Source of the DNA: Bdellovibrionales bacterium | GTDB taxonomy: Bacteria; Bdellovibrionota; Bdellovibrionia; Bdellovibrionales; JAGQZY01 | Length of the DNA stretch: 64,000 bases | Assembly: GCA_964230645.1 (NCBI GenBank) | Contig: CAXRHT010000002.1 | Span: 1,891,175-1,955,174 of the forward strand | Direction of reading: 5' to 3' | Shown: positions 11,216 to 21,307 of the stretch, piece by piece | How positions within the stretch are numbered: the stretch's first letter is position 1 | Layout: each line of letters opens with the position of its first letter | Notes under the pieces: generated by a model | The model's input: the letters and a program-made list of their open reading frames with translations, nothing else | Database searches by the model: none | What the model was told of the DNA's origin: nothing | Program-made: the position numbers and the translations under genes

Positions 11216-12036
11216 TTCTGTCGAGAGATGTTGAAACTTACAAGCTCTTGAATAAGTGGAGTGTTGATCTCAAGGGAGGTTAAATCACCCTCGATCCGTT
11301 CACTCAAACTAGCCAAATAATCCTGAGTTCCCTTTTTCCCAAGAAAACTGATAAAGCTAAGTTCTTCGTTTTCATCTTCGTCTAAAAGGTCATCTTTAAT
11401 TTGAAAAGCTAAACCCACTTTTTTACCAAGGTCTTTCAAGGCTGGGGTGTACTTATTTGCGACAACAGCTGGTCCCTCAAAGGCCATAGAAATCAGACAT
11501 CCTGTTTTGAGCTCATGCAGTTTTATGAGCTGCCCGAGACTTTCAATAGGCTCCCCTTTGCCTAAATCTAAAACCTGCCCCCTGACCATACCGTTAAGTC
11601 CACTGGCTTCAGAGAGAAGCTTTACTAATTCTAAACTATGGGGAGAGACATCAAAGGATAAAACCCGAAAAGCTTCTGTTAAAAGTGAGTCTCCAGCTAA
11701 AAGAGCTGTGTCTTCAGAGAACTTAATGTGATTTGTGGGTTGTCCTCGTCTTTCATTATCATCATCCATGCAGGGCAAGTCGTCGTGAATCAGCGAGTAG
11801 GTATGAATACACTCGATAGCTAAAGCAAAGGAAATAATATCTTTTGGGGCGACACCGTAGGCATCTGCCACTGCGAAACAAAGCATGGGGCGAAAGCGTT
11901 TGCCCCCATTGAAAAAGGAGTATTCAATGGAGTCAATTAATAGTGCCACATCTTTAGCTTCCGCTCTTCTGTGGGCAAAATATTCTTTAGCGACGACTTC
12001 GAATTCTTCAATTCTTTCCGTTAAGATGGGATTCAT
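11212..12036 (-). CDS. ispA: Geranyltranstransferase / FPP synthase
   Basis: GGKRFRP, SLIHDDLPCMDDD..RRG and FQIKDDLLD; syntenic with xseAB. Confidence 0.93.
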   Translation of the reverse strand: MNPILTERIEEFEVVAKEYFAHRRAEAKDVALLIDSIEYSFFNGGKRFRPMLCFAVADAYGVAPKDIISFALAIECIHTYSLIHDDLPCMDDDNERRGQPTNHIKFSEDTALLAGDSLLTEAFRVLSFDVSPHSLELVKLLSEASGLNGMVRGQVLDLGKGEPIESLGQLIKLHELKTGCLISMAFEGPAVVANKYTPALKDLGKKVGLAFQIKDDLLDEDENEELSFISFLGKKGTQDYLASLSERIEGDLTSLEINTPLIQELVSFNISRQK

Positions 12037-12248
12037 TTTTTAAAATCTTCTAGAACAGGTTCACCATCAGCATCAACTCCGACCAACTTCTTCACTTTTT
12101 GCTCAGCCTCAGTGAGTTCTTTATTGCAATCGCGGGATAGTTTGACCCCTTCTTCAAAGAGTTTTAGGGATTCGTCGAGAGAAAGTTCTCCGTTTTCCAT
12201 TTTTTTAACAATTTCCTCTAAGCGGGTTAATTTTTTTTCGAAACTCAT
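12033..12248 (-). CDS. xseB: Exodeoxyribonuclease VII small subunit
   Basis: FEKKLTRLEEIV..LSLDESLKLFEEGVKL..AEQKV. Confidence 0.95.
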   Translation of the reverse strand: MSFEKKLTRLEEIVKKMENGELSLDESLKLFEEGVKLSRDCNKELTEAEQKVKKLVGVDADGEPVLEDFKK

Positions 12249-13771
12249 TTTTTCTCCTTTAATCTATGAGTCTTTACTTCGGCTTCAATAAAGCCATCTC
12301 GCAATTCAATTTCAATTTCTTTAGTTTTTAATTCCGCGCAGTCGGCAACAAGCTCACCTTTAGAGCGAACAATGGCGTAGCCTCTATCGAGAGTACGCAA
12401 GGGGCTGAGGCTATCGAGCATTTGGGAGAATCTCCCCAAATCGCTTTTGTTTTTTTCCATTTTCTTCAAAATTTCTGCTAGCATCCAGCGCCGCAGGTTC
12501 TTGTTTTTTTCCTGACTGGCTTGAACAAGTTGAAGAGGATTCACCAATCCTCCCTTTAGGGCCTTTACTTGCAACTTAAAGTTGTGGACTTTCCTTAAAG
12601 TGGCTTGTTCTAAGCGACCCGTCCAATCATCAAGCTTCATAAAACAGTCTTCAACGAACTTGCGAGGATCGAGAAGACGAGTTTTGTTGTACTCGACCTG
12701 CTTTTTCCAGTCGGCAATTTTTTGAAACATGAGAAGACGAAGAGATTTACTAAAAAACTTTAATTTTTCGAAAAGCTCCTCTTCACTTTTTGCGACCACT
12801 TCCGCGGCGGCTGAAGGTGTCGGAGCTCTCATATCAGCCACAAAATCAGAAATGGTAAAATCAATCTCGTGACCAACGGCTGAGATAATGGGAAGCTTTG
12901 ATTGATGGATGGCACGAGCAACCACTTCTTCGTTAAAACACCAAAGATCTTCAATAGACCCGCCCCCACGGCCAACAATTAAAACGTCAAAACCACCCAC
13001 TTTATTGGCAAGCTCAATTCCTCTTACTATTTCTGCGGCAGCACCTTCTCCTTGTACTCGAGCAGGAATGACGGTCACCGAAACTCTTTTAGAGCGCCTT
13101 TCTAATACATTCAGGATGTCTTGGATCGCCGCACCTGTTGGAGAAGTCACTACCGCCACACTTTGAGGAAAGGGTGGTATTGGTTTTTTTATTTCTTGTT
13201 TGAAAAGACCCTCTTTGTCTAGCTTCGCTTTTAATTGTTCAAAAGCTTTTTGTAGTGCACCCGCACCAAGAGGTTCCATATGCTCGCAAAAAACCTGGTA
13301 ATTTCCACGTGGTTCATAAACGGTTATTTTTCCCTTTACCAAAACTTCCATACCGCTTTCTGGTTGGAACTTGAGGCGAGAATTAAATCCTCGAAACATG
13401 ACGGCACTGATTTGGGCCTTGTCGTCTTTCAAACTAAAATAAAAGTGCCCAGAAGAATGGGCTTTAAAGTTTGAGATCTCCCCTTGAATCCAAAGCTCAG
13501 GAAACTTGCCTTCCAAATGTTTTTTGATGGCCTTATTTAATTCGGAGACTTTAAAAACGGGCTCTTCTTGCTGCGTTGACGGCTCAGGAGGTACAGAATC
13601 ATCGAGCTCTGTCTGTAGCTGAAAGCTTTTCTGTTGCACAGGTGGTTTGGATTTTGGTGGTGGTTCAGGAGTCTTTCTTTTACGTGTTTCTACAGATTTT
13701 TTTTGACTCGGTATTTCACGTAAAAGGTGGTCCCACCGTCCTTTTGAAGAATTTACGCTTTCATCTGACAT
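12245..13771 (-). CDS. xseA: Exodeoxyribonuclease VII large subunit with N-terminal low-complexity extension
   Basis: GEISNF, SGHFYFSLKD, VTSPTGAAIQD, RGGGSIEDLWCFN, SAVGHEID and TPSAAAE. Start ATG 13771 or TTG 13780. Confidence 0.95.
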   Translation of the reverse strand: MSDESVNSSKGRWDHLLREIPSQKKSVETRKRKTPEPPPKSKPPVQQKSFQLQTELDDSVPPEPSTQQEEPVFKVSELNKAIKKHLEGKFPELWIQGEISNFKAHSSGHFYFSLKDDKAQISAVMFRGFNSRLKFQPESGMEVLVKGKITVYEPRGNYQVFCEHMEPLGAGALQKAFEQLKAKLDKEGLFKQEIKKPIPPFPQSVAVVTSPTGAAIQDILNVLERRSKRVSVTVIPARVQGEGAAAEIVRGIELANKVGGFDVLIVGRGGGSIEDLWCFNEEVVARAIHQSKLPIISAVGHEIDFTISDFVADMRAPTPSAAAEVVAKSEEELFEKLKFFSKSLRLLMFQKIADWKKQVEYNKTRLLDPRKFVEDCFMKLDDWTGRLEQATLRKVHNFKLQVKALKGGLVNPLQLVQASQEKNKNLRRWMLAEILKKMEKNKSDLGRFSQMLDSLSPLRTLDRGYAIVRSKGELVADCAELKTKEIEIELRDGFIEAEVKTHRLKEKK

Positions 13772-13815
13772 GAAAGACAATAAACCAAAAAATAAAGGGA
13801 AAAGAAAGAAAAAAC

Positions 13816-13986
13816 TCGTCCTGTAGGTGCTAGAGAATCAACGAAATCCGATTTCACCAGGTGGGTGGCCATGATAGCAATTTTAGGCTTCCCGGGTCGG
13901 AACCGGGCCTGCTCACCGTCGCCAGGGACGGCCCCCATTCTATTATCTATAGATTTCTGTTATTCTACAAACGCACCACAGAACTT
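13816..13986 (-). ncRNA. ssrS: 6S RNA
   Basis: Rod-like fold on the minus strand. 5' GUUCUGUGGUGC pairs with 3' GCACCUACAGGAC, and AGAAU-AAC-GAAAUCU pairs with GGAUUUC-GUU-AUUCU. An A/U-rich central bubble is flanked by GGGGGCCGUCCCUGG and CAUGGCCACCCACCUG, typical of proteobacterial 6S RNAs. ~170 nt, followed by a U-tract. Confidence 0.85.
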
Positions 13987-13993
13987 AATTCTA

Positions 13994-14022
13994 AGACTAA
14001 CAAAAAATACGGATCTCGTCAT
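13994..14022 (-). promoter_or_regulatory. sigma70-type promoter of 6S RNA
   Basis: ATGACG-N17-TAGTCT on the minus strand, 7 nt upstream of the predicted 5' end. Confidence 0.55.
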
Positions 14023-14136
14023 TTTTTTTTATAAATCCGAAAAAAATTTGAGACGCAAGGGCTTGATTTTAAGTGTGCAAAAATAAAAACTTGCTTTTTC
14101 TTATTGGCCTTGTTCTTGCTATTTTTTCATCTTATT

Positions 14137-14163
14137 TAAGTTTTTTTTAATAAATCCCGAAAC
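14137..14163 (+). promoter_or_regulatory. Possible sigma28 (FliA)-type promoter, leaderless
   Basis: TAAG-N15-CCCGAAAC ending 7 nt before ATG 14171; no RBS. Confidence 0.35.
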
Positions 14164-14170
14164 TTTATCT

Positions 14171-14380
14171 ATGGGTGCTCAACTAGATTTTTATTTTCCT
14201 TTTTTGGTCTTCGCTTACGGAACGATTATGACTTTCGTCACTCATCTTCCCCTTTCAAAAGACAGATCCAATGGCCCAATCCAGACAGAACTTCTCGAAT
14301 GGTTTTATAGTCACAAAATTTTAGGTGTGGTTTGTTTTTTCGTGGGCGGCCTTTGGTCCCTTCAAAAACTTTTTGTCTAA
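14171..14380 (+). CDS. Small two-TM membrane protein
   Basis: 69 aa with two hydrophobic segments (FPFLVFAYG..., VCFFVGGLWSL). Confidence 0.7.
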   Translation: MGAQLDFYFPFLVFAYGTIMTFVTHLPLSKDRSNGPIQTELLEWFYSHKILGVVCFFVGGLWSLQKLFV

Positions 14381-14541
14381 ACAGAGGACAGATCTCTTCA
14401 AATGCAAAAAAGAGCCTAGACTAGCTTTTCGGGCCGCTCGAGGGTTTATTAGTCGAGTTTTCCCCGCTTTCGTTTCATTTTGAGGCAGATCAATTTGCGA
14501 CAATCGCAACCTAATATATAATTAGACTATTCGGGGGAATT

Positions 14542-15408
14542 ATGAAGATTTGTACCTTAGTATTAATACTTTTTAGCAGTAGCCTAGCTTTCAGCCAGTC
14601 TGGGGCAACGATGCAAATTCCAATTGCGGAATATCAGCAAATGCTTATGCAACAAAATAGTGGGCAGGGTTGTCTTCAGAATATGCTTCAACAAGTTAAC
14701 GATGGAGCCACGCAGGCCTACGAAATTCAGCAAAACCAAACAAATAACCTCATGGGAATCGCTGAAAAGTATTACGAGCACGCAAAAACCTGCGACAATG
14801 AACTCTATAAACATTTAGACGAATGGGAAAAAGCGAAACTCGAACACAAAAAGAACAAAAATATGCTTTCCATCAAAATTCGAAGACAAGAGTTAGAGTA
14901 CCGCAAAGCTCTTCATCAAGTGGAAAGAGAGTGCGAAGCCAACTCGACAGAGCAGTGGCAAACCTACAAAGAACAAATGTCGTCAGGAATTGACAACAAT
15001 CCCGTCAATCTTATTGGGAAGAACCAACGACTCAACAATATGCGCCCCCTCTTTTATGATGGCTGTATGGCAAAAAACACCACAATCGATCAAATTCAAG
15101 ATCTTAGTGATGAAATGAAATTGAACATCGAAGAGGTCTATGCTGGTTTTGATAACAGTGTGGACACCATGAGGTCTGTTACTGAAAGGCTCAGAAGAAA
15201 CCAAGAGCTTTCAGTCAAACAATGCCTCCAAGGGAGAGAGCAACTCGAATATCAAGAAGCTATGATCCGCAACCAAAATGCAGCCGCTGAATCCCACATG
15301 CGTAAACAGAACCTTATGGGTCTACTCGGAGCCGCCTACACCTGCTTTAATGGCGCCCAACAACAAAGACCCCCAGCTTCAAACGACGCCACTGACTCCT
15401 CTCTTTAG
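14542..15408 (+). CDS. Secreted Gln/Met-rich coiled-coil hypothetical protein
   Basis: RBS GGGGGA; signal peptide (SLAFS); helical Q/E-rich body with spaced Cys. Confidence 0.8.
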   Translation: MKICTLVLILFSSSLAFSQSGATMQIPIAEYQQMLMQQNSGQGCLQNMLQQVNDGATQAYEIQQNQTNNLMGIAEKYYEHAKTCDNELYKHLDEWEKAKLEHKKNKNMLSIKIRRQELEYRKALHQVERECEANSTEQWQTYKEQMSSGIDNNPVNLIGKNQRLNNMRPLFYDGCMAKNTTIDQIQDLSDEMKLNIEEVYAGFDNSVDTMRSVTERLRRNQELSVKQCLQGREQLEYQEAMIRNQNAAAESHMRKQNLMGLLGAAYTCFNGAQQQRPPASNDATDSSL

Positions 15409-15439
15409 TTCACATACAACAACTACTCACAAATAAGGA

Positions 15440-15609
15440 ACCCCTTTGAAGGCCGTGAGGAATTCGCGGGGGCTCTAACAGAGGTTCGAGCAACGAGCGC
15501 TGCGTATCTCGGGGCGCAGCACGAAGTGATGCGGTCCGGGAGACGAAGTGCACCCGAGTGCGTGCCACTGTCAGAGCCCCCGCGAATTCCTCACGGTCTT
15601 CAAAGGGGT
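15440..15609. repeat. Palindromic element copy 1 (REPIN/MITE-like)
   Basis: 42-bp inverted arms 15440-15481 / 15568-15609 (2 mismatches) around an ~86-bp core homologous, in inverted orientation, to 21357-21442. Confidence 0.9.
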
Positions 15610-15724
15610 GCCGCCCCGGCCCTACGACTTTCATCAAGGCCTCACTGCAATTTAGCCGGTTCTTAAGTCTCTCTCAAAATGTTAGGTGGACTTCTTTTAT
15701 CTGTTTCCCTAAAATAGGTAAGCT

Positions 15725-18418
15725 ATGGGAATATTTAAAAAACTTTTAATTGTGTGTGCTATTTTCGGTGTCCTAGGTCTTGCCTCTGGTATAGGACTTT
15801 ATACTTATTTTGCCAATCAGCTGCCCGATCTCTTCTCGGTCGAAGATTACGATCCTCTGCTGGTCAGTGAGGTTTATGCCAGGAATGGAGAAAAGATTGG
15901 TGAGTTCTATCGTGAGAACAGAAAAATTGTTCCCGTCGAAGAAATTCCCAAGGACTTGATCAACGCTTTTTTAAGCGCTGAGGATTCCGACTTTTATAAT
16001 CATAACGGGTTTAACTTCAAAGGGATGGCAAGAGCACTGATTGCAAACCTGACATCTGGAGAGCGTTCCCAAGGGGCTTCGACTATTACTCAGCAGGCCG
16101 CAAGAACTCTCTTTCTTAGCCGTGAGAAAACTTATACAAGAAAGTTGAAGGAAGCCATCATGGCTCGTCGCATGGAAGCGAACATGAGCAAAGATGAAAT
16201 CCTTTATCTATACTTAAATCAAATTTACTTTGGTCAAGGTGCCTACGGAGTCGCCTCGGCGGCCGAAACCTTTTTTAGAAAAAAAGTAGGGGAACTAAGT
16301 CTTGCCGAAATGGCCGTGATCGCAGGAGCTCTAACGGCACCAAGTGCTTACAACATTGTAGCCAACCCTGATCGTGCCAAAATACGTCAGCGCTATGTAT
16401 TAGGGCGTATGCTTGAAACCGGACGAATCACTCAGGCCCAATATGATGTAGCGACCAAAGAGGTTTTAAAAGTCTATCGATCCAAAAAGTATAAAGAAGT
16501 CGCCCCTTATTTTGTCGAGACCATTCGTCAGCTTCTTGTGGAGGAGTTGGGAGAAGATGTGCTTCTCAATGATGGGATCAAAATTTATTCGAGTCTTGAT
16601 TTTGAAGCTCAGAAAAAAGCACAGGCCAGTCTCCGTGATGGGCTCAGGGACCTAGATAAGCGCCAAGGATATCGTGGACCCATCGATAATATTAATATGG
16701 ATGATGAGGCAAAAATCCAAAGCTTTCTTGAAAAAGAACGTAACCAACTTATCGATGAAGCCTACGCGACTTTCCAAGTGTTTCCCGATGGCTCCACTGA
16801 CGAATACGGAGACTTTAAGTTTTACCAAAAGAAAAATGAGAAGGACCAAGTCGTTTCCAACATCCCTCCTTACGTAAAAAAAGGAGACGTTGTTCGAGGT
16901 GTGGTAACAGAGGTCGACGATAATAATGACGTCGTATTAGTAAAATTCGCTGAAGCTCAAGGGCTCATTCCCTTAGAAAATATGTCTTGGGCCAGAGAAC
17001 CTGACCCTAGTGTTTTTTATGGAGAATGGCTTCACATCAAAAAGCCTTCTGAAGCCCTCAAAGTTGGCGATGTAATTGACGTTGAAATTAAAGAACCCAC
17101 TGCTCTCAAAGCCGATGTTGGAAAAGGCTTTAAAAAAGACAAAAGGGAGTATGCCGAGTTAGCTCTTGAACAAGAGCCTGAGGCCGAATCTGCTCTTATC
17201 TCTTTTGATCTTAAAACAGACGACATTGTTGCAATGGTGGGCGGATCTAACTTCCGGAAAACAAAACTCAATCGTACCTATCAGGCAGTCCGTCAGACAG
17301 GTTCTGCTTTTAAGCCCATTCTTTATGCTGCAGGCCTTGATAAAGGTTTAACCCCTGCCACTCCTATTATGGGGGCTCCGATTGTTTATAACCAGGAGAC
17401 GGGAGAAACCGAAGAAGTAAAGGAAGGCGAAGCGGTTCAAGAGTCAGCCGAAGATCAAGAAAAGAAAGTCTGGAAACCAGGAAACTATGGTGGTCGCTTC
17501 ACCGGTGATATTCTCTTAAGAAATGCCCTTAAGAAGAGTCTCAACACCCCCACGATCCGAATTCTTGAAAAAACGGGAGTTTCTTTTGCTGCTGAGTACG
17601 CTCGTCGATTGGGAATCTTTAGTCCGATCAACATGGATATGTCTCTCGCTCTTGGTTCAAGCGGGGCTACGCTCTATGAGATGACCAAAGTGTATTCTAT
17701 CTTTGCAAAACTTGGTAAAAATATTAAGCCCATCATCATTCACGAAATTAAAGATCGCTACGGAGATACGATCGCGCAAGATGTTTCCTTTGATCTTCAC
17801 TTCAAAGAATCCATTGGCGGGATCAAAGATGAGTTTAAAGAAAAAAGAGACAAATACGAAACCCGCATGATGGCCGATGATGATGAAACTCAGAAGGTTT
17901 CGCCCTATTTTTTCAATGACCCTGATCAGCTCATCTCTCCTCAAACCGCTTTTCTCACCACCACTTTGCTTCAGGCTGTGGTGAACGAGGCCGGTGGAAC
18001 GGGAGGCCGAGCTCGTCGCCTCAACCGTGAAGTCGCTGGTAAAACCGGAACCACCAATGGCTATTATGACGCTTGGTTTATGGGCTACACTCCCCAAATA
18101 AGCACTGGAGTATGGGTGGGCTTTGATCAAGAGCGTTCTCTAGGAAGAGGGGAAGCTGGAAGCCGGGCCGCACTTCCCATTTGGCTTGATTATATGCAAG
18201 GGGTCTTAGATCAGACCCCCGCTGAAAACTTCCCAATTCCTAATAACATTGTTTTTGCCAATATAGACAATGAAACAGGGGGCCTAGCCACCGCTCGAAG
18301 CCACGAGGTGGTCAGGCAGGCTTTTATTTCCGGCACAGAACCTGGCATTGAGACGGAGGAATCCAACCAACGCTGGGAAGAAGAGAATAAAACCGATTTT
18401 TATCGGGAAGAGTTCTAA
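15725..18418 (+). CDS. mrcA: Penicillin-binding protein 1A
   Basis: N-terminal TM; transglycosylase AEDSDFYNH, QGASTITQQ, RKLKE and YLNQIYFG; OB insert; transpeptidase GSAFKP, SLN and KTGT. Confidence 0.95.
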   Translation: MGIFKKLLIVCAIFGVLGLASGIGLYTYFANQLPDLFSVEDYDPLLVSEVYARNGEKIGEFYRENRKIVPVEEIPKDLINAFLSAEDSDFYNHNGFNFKGMARALIANLTSGERSQGASTITQQAARTLFLSREKTYTRKLKEAIMARRMEANMSKDEILYLYLNQIYFGQGAYGVASAAETFFRKKVGELSLAEMAVIAGALTAPSAYNIVANPDRAKIRQRYVLGRMLETGRITQAQYDVATKEVLKVYRSKKYKEVAPYFVETIRQLLVEELGEDVLLNDGIKIYSSLDFEAQKKAQASLRDGLRDLDKRQGYRGPIDNINMDDEAKIQSFLEKERNQLIDEAYATFQVFPDGSTDEYGDFKFYQKKNEKDQVVSNIPPYVKKGDVVRGVVTEVDDNNDVVLVKFAEAQGLIPLENMSWAREPDPSVFYGEWLHIKKPSEALKVGDVIDVEIKEPTALKADVGKGFKKDKREYAELALEQEPEAESALISFDLKTDDIVAMVGGSNFRKTKLNRTYQAVRQTGSAFKPILYAAGLDKGLTPATPIMGAPIVYNQETGETEEVKEGEAVQESAEDQEKKVWKPGNYGGRFTGDILLRNALKKSLNTPTIRILEKTGVSFAAEYARRLGIFSPINMDMSLALGSSGATLYEMTKVYSIFAKLGKNIKPIIIHEIKDRYGDTIAQDVSFDLHFKESIGGIKDEFKEKRDKYETRMMADDDETQKVSPYFFNDPDQLISPQTAFLTTTLLQAVVNEAGGTGGRARRLNREVAGKTGTTNGYYDAWFMGYTPQISTGVWVGFDQERSLGRGEAGSRAALPIWLDYMQGVLDQTPAENFPIPNNIVFANIDNETGGLATARSHEVVRQAFISGTEPGIETEESNQRWEEENKTDFYREEF

Positions 18419-18484
18419 AATCAGCTAAAATGTGCTCGTCTATTCACTATCCAAAGGCTGGGAATTTTGGTAGCCTTCCCAGTC

Positions 18485-21292
18485 ATGGATATTGAACTCA
18501 AAGGCGTTCGACAGAACAATCTTAAAAATATCGACGTTAAAATTCCCATTAATTCTTTCACGGTGGTTTGTGGGCCAAGTGGTTCCGGCAAAAGCTCGCT
18601 GGCTTTTGAAACTCTTTTTGCTGAAGGACAACGACGCTATATCGAAAGCCTCTCAAGCTATGCCAGGCAATTTCTCAATCAGGCGCCCAAACCCCTTCTT
18701 GAAAGTATCGCTAATGTCCCTCCCGCGATTGCACTTGAACAGAAAAACACCATCAAAAACAGTCGATCCACCGTTGGTACCACTTCAGAGATCATTGAGT
18801 ACCTTAGATTGCTCTACTCAAAACTCTCAACCGCCCATTGTCCCAATGGCCACGGGCCGATTTCCAGTGATTCGCCAACATCAGCAGCCGACAAACTCAT
18901 TGAACAGTGGGCTGAGAAAAGAGTTTATGTCACTGCTCTAATTAAGAAGACACAACTACGCTACAACAAGACTGACCTTTTAAAGACTCTTTTAAGTGAG
19001 GGGCACAATAGGATTCTTGTTGATAAATCTCGATCAAAAACTCAAATGAAATTAGAGACTCAAGACATCGGGCCTCAAACTAAAGTTAAAGACTTACCTA
19101 AAAAAGACTTTTACCTCGTTCTTGATCGCCTCGCTGTCAAAGATGAAGATCGAGGAAGAATTGTTGATTCATTAAATCAAAGCTTTGAAGCATCCCTAAG
19201 ATACAATCAACAAAGCTATGGTTCGGCACAAATTATTAGTACCGAAAATGAAGTGATTAAATTTAGCGATTCTCTAGCTTGCTCAGTTTGTGAAGCTCTT
19301 TTGCCAACAAAAACTCCCCAGCTTTTTAGTTTTAATTCTCCTGTCGGCGCATGCCAGACTTGCAATGGGTTTGGAAACACTCTTGATATCGACGAAGTCA
19401 AAGTAATACCTAATCCTACTCTTTCCATAAAAGAGGGAGCAATCACCCCATTCTTTATGCCCAGTAGTGCGCGGGCCAAAAAGAAGCTTATGACTTATTG
19501 TAAGTCGGCAAAAATCGACATCAATAAACCCTGGGAAGAACTGCCCGCCAAGCAAAAACAGAATCTCTGGGAAGGCAATTCCAAATTTTATGGGGTGCGA
19601 GGCTATTTTGATCATCTAGAAACAAAAAAATATAAAATGCATGTCCGTGTTTTCCTGGCTCGTTTTAAAACGGCCTTCACTTGTCCTGATTGCGAAGGCT
19701 CACGACTCGTCAAGGAAACCGAGCACTTCACTATCAATGATAGAACAATCACGGAACTCTGTGATTTTAACCTCAAAAGTCTCTATGAGTTTTTTCAAAA
19801 CTTAGAAATGACCGAGTACCAACAGGAAATGGTCAAAGACATCTATGACCAATTGGTGTCACGCTTAATGTTCCTTAACCAAATTGGAGTTTACTACCTG
19901 ACTTTGGCTAGGCAAACTCGCAGCCTCTCCGGAGGGGAATTTCAAAGGCTTCTTTTAGCCAAACAACTAGGAATGGGCCTCTCCCAGGCACTCTATGTCC
20001 TTGATGAGCCCACCATTGGCCTTCACCCTAGAGATAATGATCAGTTAATAAAACAGTTAAAAGCCTTAAATGAACTCGGTAACACGCTTGTAATCGTTGA
20101 GCATGATCAAGATGTTATTAGAGAAAGTGACCACATCATTGAGCTTGGCCCAGGCTCGGGGTACAAAGGTGGCGAAATTATTTTCAGTGGCCATCAACAA
20201 GATTTCAAAGACTGCAAAGAATCAAACACTAATATCTATCTCACTGGCGAAAAGAAGGAGGTTTACTCCCCTCGTCCGGTCTCTTTAAAAGAGTACAAGT
20301 ACCTTCTGGAGATCAAAGGCTGTAAGGGAAGAAATCTACAGAATGTCAGTGTAAAAATACCACTAAATCGAATTGTCACTGTTACTGGCGTGAGTGGCTC
20401 TGGAAAATCAACGCTAATTACCGAAACCCTTTATCCCGCTCTTCTCACTGAAACGGGTATTGAGTACACCCGAGGTGAGCCCTATAAAAAGCTTGTGGGT
20501 GCCGAAAATCTGAAAAACGTTCTTCATATTAATCAGAAGCCTGTTGGAAAGTCTGCCAGAAGTAACCCAGCAACCTACTTAAAGATCTACGACGTCATTC
20601 GTGAAATCTTTGCCACCTCCCTCAAGGGAAGAGAGCGGGGCTACACTCCTGGAACTTTTTCATTAAATGTTAATGGTGGTAGATGTCCTGTTTGTAAAGG
20701 ACTGGGCTATGAACTCATCGATATGGTTTTTATGGATGATATAAAAACCACCTGCCAATCCTGCGAGGGTAAAAAATTCCGTAAAGAAATTCTCGACGTT
20801 CGTTACCGGGGAAAAAATATTTTTGAAGTTTTACAGATGACTGTGGCCGAGGCTATGGATTTCTTTGTTTCTTACCCGAATATTAGAAAACCTTTGAGTG
20901 TGCTTAAACAAGTGGGCCTTGATTACCTCACCCTCGGCCAGTCCACCTCGAGTCTTAGCGGTGGTGAGTCACAACGAATTAAGATCGCTAGGGAGCTTTA
21001 TAAAACCAATCAAAAAGCGACCCTTTATATTTTAGATGAACCAACGACCGGCCTTCATTTTAGAGAAGTGCAAATGTTGATGTCGATTCTTCACCAAATT
21101 GTTGAAACCGGGGGAAGTGTGCTGTTGATTGAGCATAACCTCGAGGTTATGGCCCAGTCCGATTATATTATTGATCTTGGGCCTGAGGCTGGGGAAGAGG
21201 GTGGTAAAGTCATTGGGCAAGGATCGCCGCTTGAAATGACTCGTAAGAAGTCGCACACCGGAAAATATCTTAAGGAATACTTACAAGTTTAG
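18485..21292 (+). CDS. uvrA: Excinuclease ABC subunit A
   Basis: Two ABC modules (GPSGSGKSS, GVSGSGKST, LSGGE twice, LDEPT twice); FSFNSPVGAC and zinc-finger CxxC pairs. Start placed at MDIEL. Confidence 0.93.
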   Translation: MDIELKGVRQNNLKNIDVKIPINSFTVVCGPSGSGKSSLAFETLFAEGQRRYIESLSSYARQFLNQAPKPLLESIANVPPAIALEQKNTIKNSRSTVGTTSEIIEYLRLLYSKLSTAHCPNGHGPISSDSPTSAADKLIEQWAEKRVYVTALIKKTQLRYNKTDLLKTLLSEGHNRILVDKSRSKTQMKLETQDIGPQTKVKDLPKKDFYLVLDRLAVKDEDRGRIVDSLNQSFEASLRYNQQSYGSAQIISTENEVIKFSDSLACSVCEALLPTKTPQLFSFNSPVGACQTCNGFGNTLDIDEVKVIPNPTLSIKEGAITPFFMPSSARAKKKLMTYCKSAKIDINKPWEELPAKQKQNLWEGNSKFYGVRGYFDHLETKKYKMHVRVFLARFKTAFTCPDCEGSRLVKETEHFTINDRTITELCDFNLKSLYEFFQNLEMTEYQQEMVKDIYDQLVSRLMFLNQIGVYYLTLARQTRSLSGGEFQRLLLAKQLGMGLSQALYVLDEPTIGLHPRDNDQLIKQLKALNELGNTLVIVEHDQDVIRESDHIIELGPGSGYKGGEIIFSGHQQDFKDCKESNTNIYLTGEKKEVYSPRPVSLKEYKYLLEIKGCKGRNLQNVSVKIPLNRIVTVTGVSGSGKSTLITETLYPALLTETGIEYTRGEPYKKLVGAENLKNVLHINQKPVGKSARSNPATYLKIYDVIREIFATSLKGRERGYTPGTFSLNVNGGRCPVCKGLGYELIDMVFMDDIKTTCQSCEGKKFRKEILDVRYRGKNIFEVLQMTVAEAMDFFVSYPNIRKPLSVLKQVGLDYLTLGQSTSSLSGGESQRIKIARELYKTNQKATLYILDEPTTGLHFREVQMLMSILHQIVETGGSVLLIEHNLEVMAQSDYIIDLGPEAGEEGGKVIGQGSPLEMTRKKSHTGKYLKEYLQV

Positions 21293-21307
21293 GGTGAACT
21301 TCGGGGG

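Noticed and set aside
13753..14086. ORFs 13753-13938(-) and 13865-14086(+); SRP RNA or ZTP riboswitch as alternative calls
   Set aside because: The region is explained by the 6S-like fold. The SRP GGAA/AGCAG loop is absent, and the long closing helices fit 6S rather than a riboswitch.
15526..15550. Hammerhead-like GTGATGC-GGTC...GAC-GAAG in repeat copy 1
   Set aside because: It deviates from CUGAUGA/GAAA and is not conserved in copy 2 (GTGGTGCAATCC).
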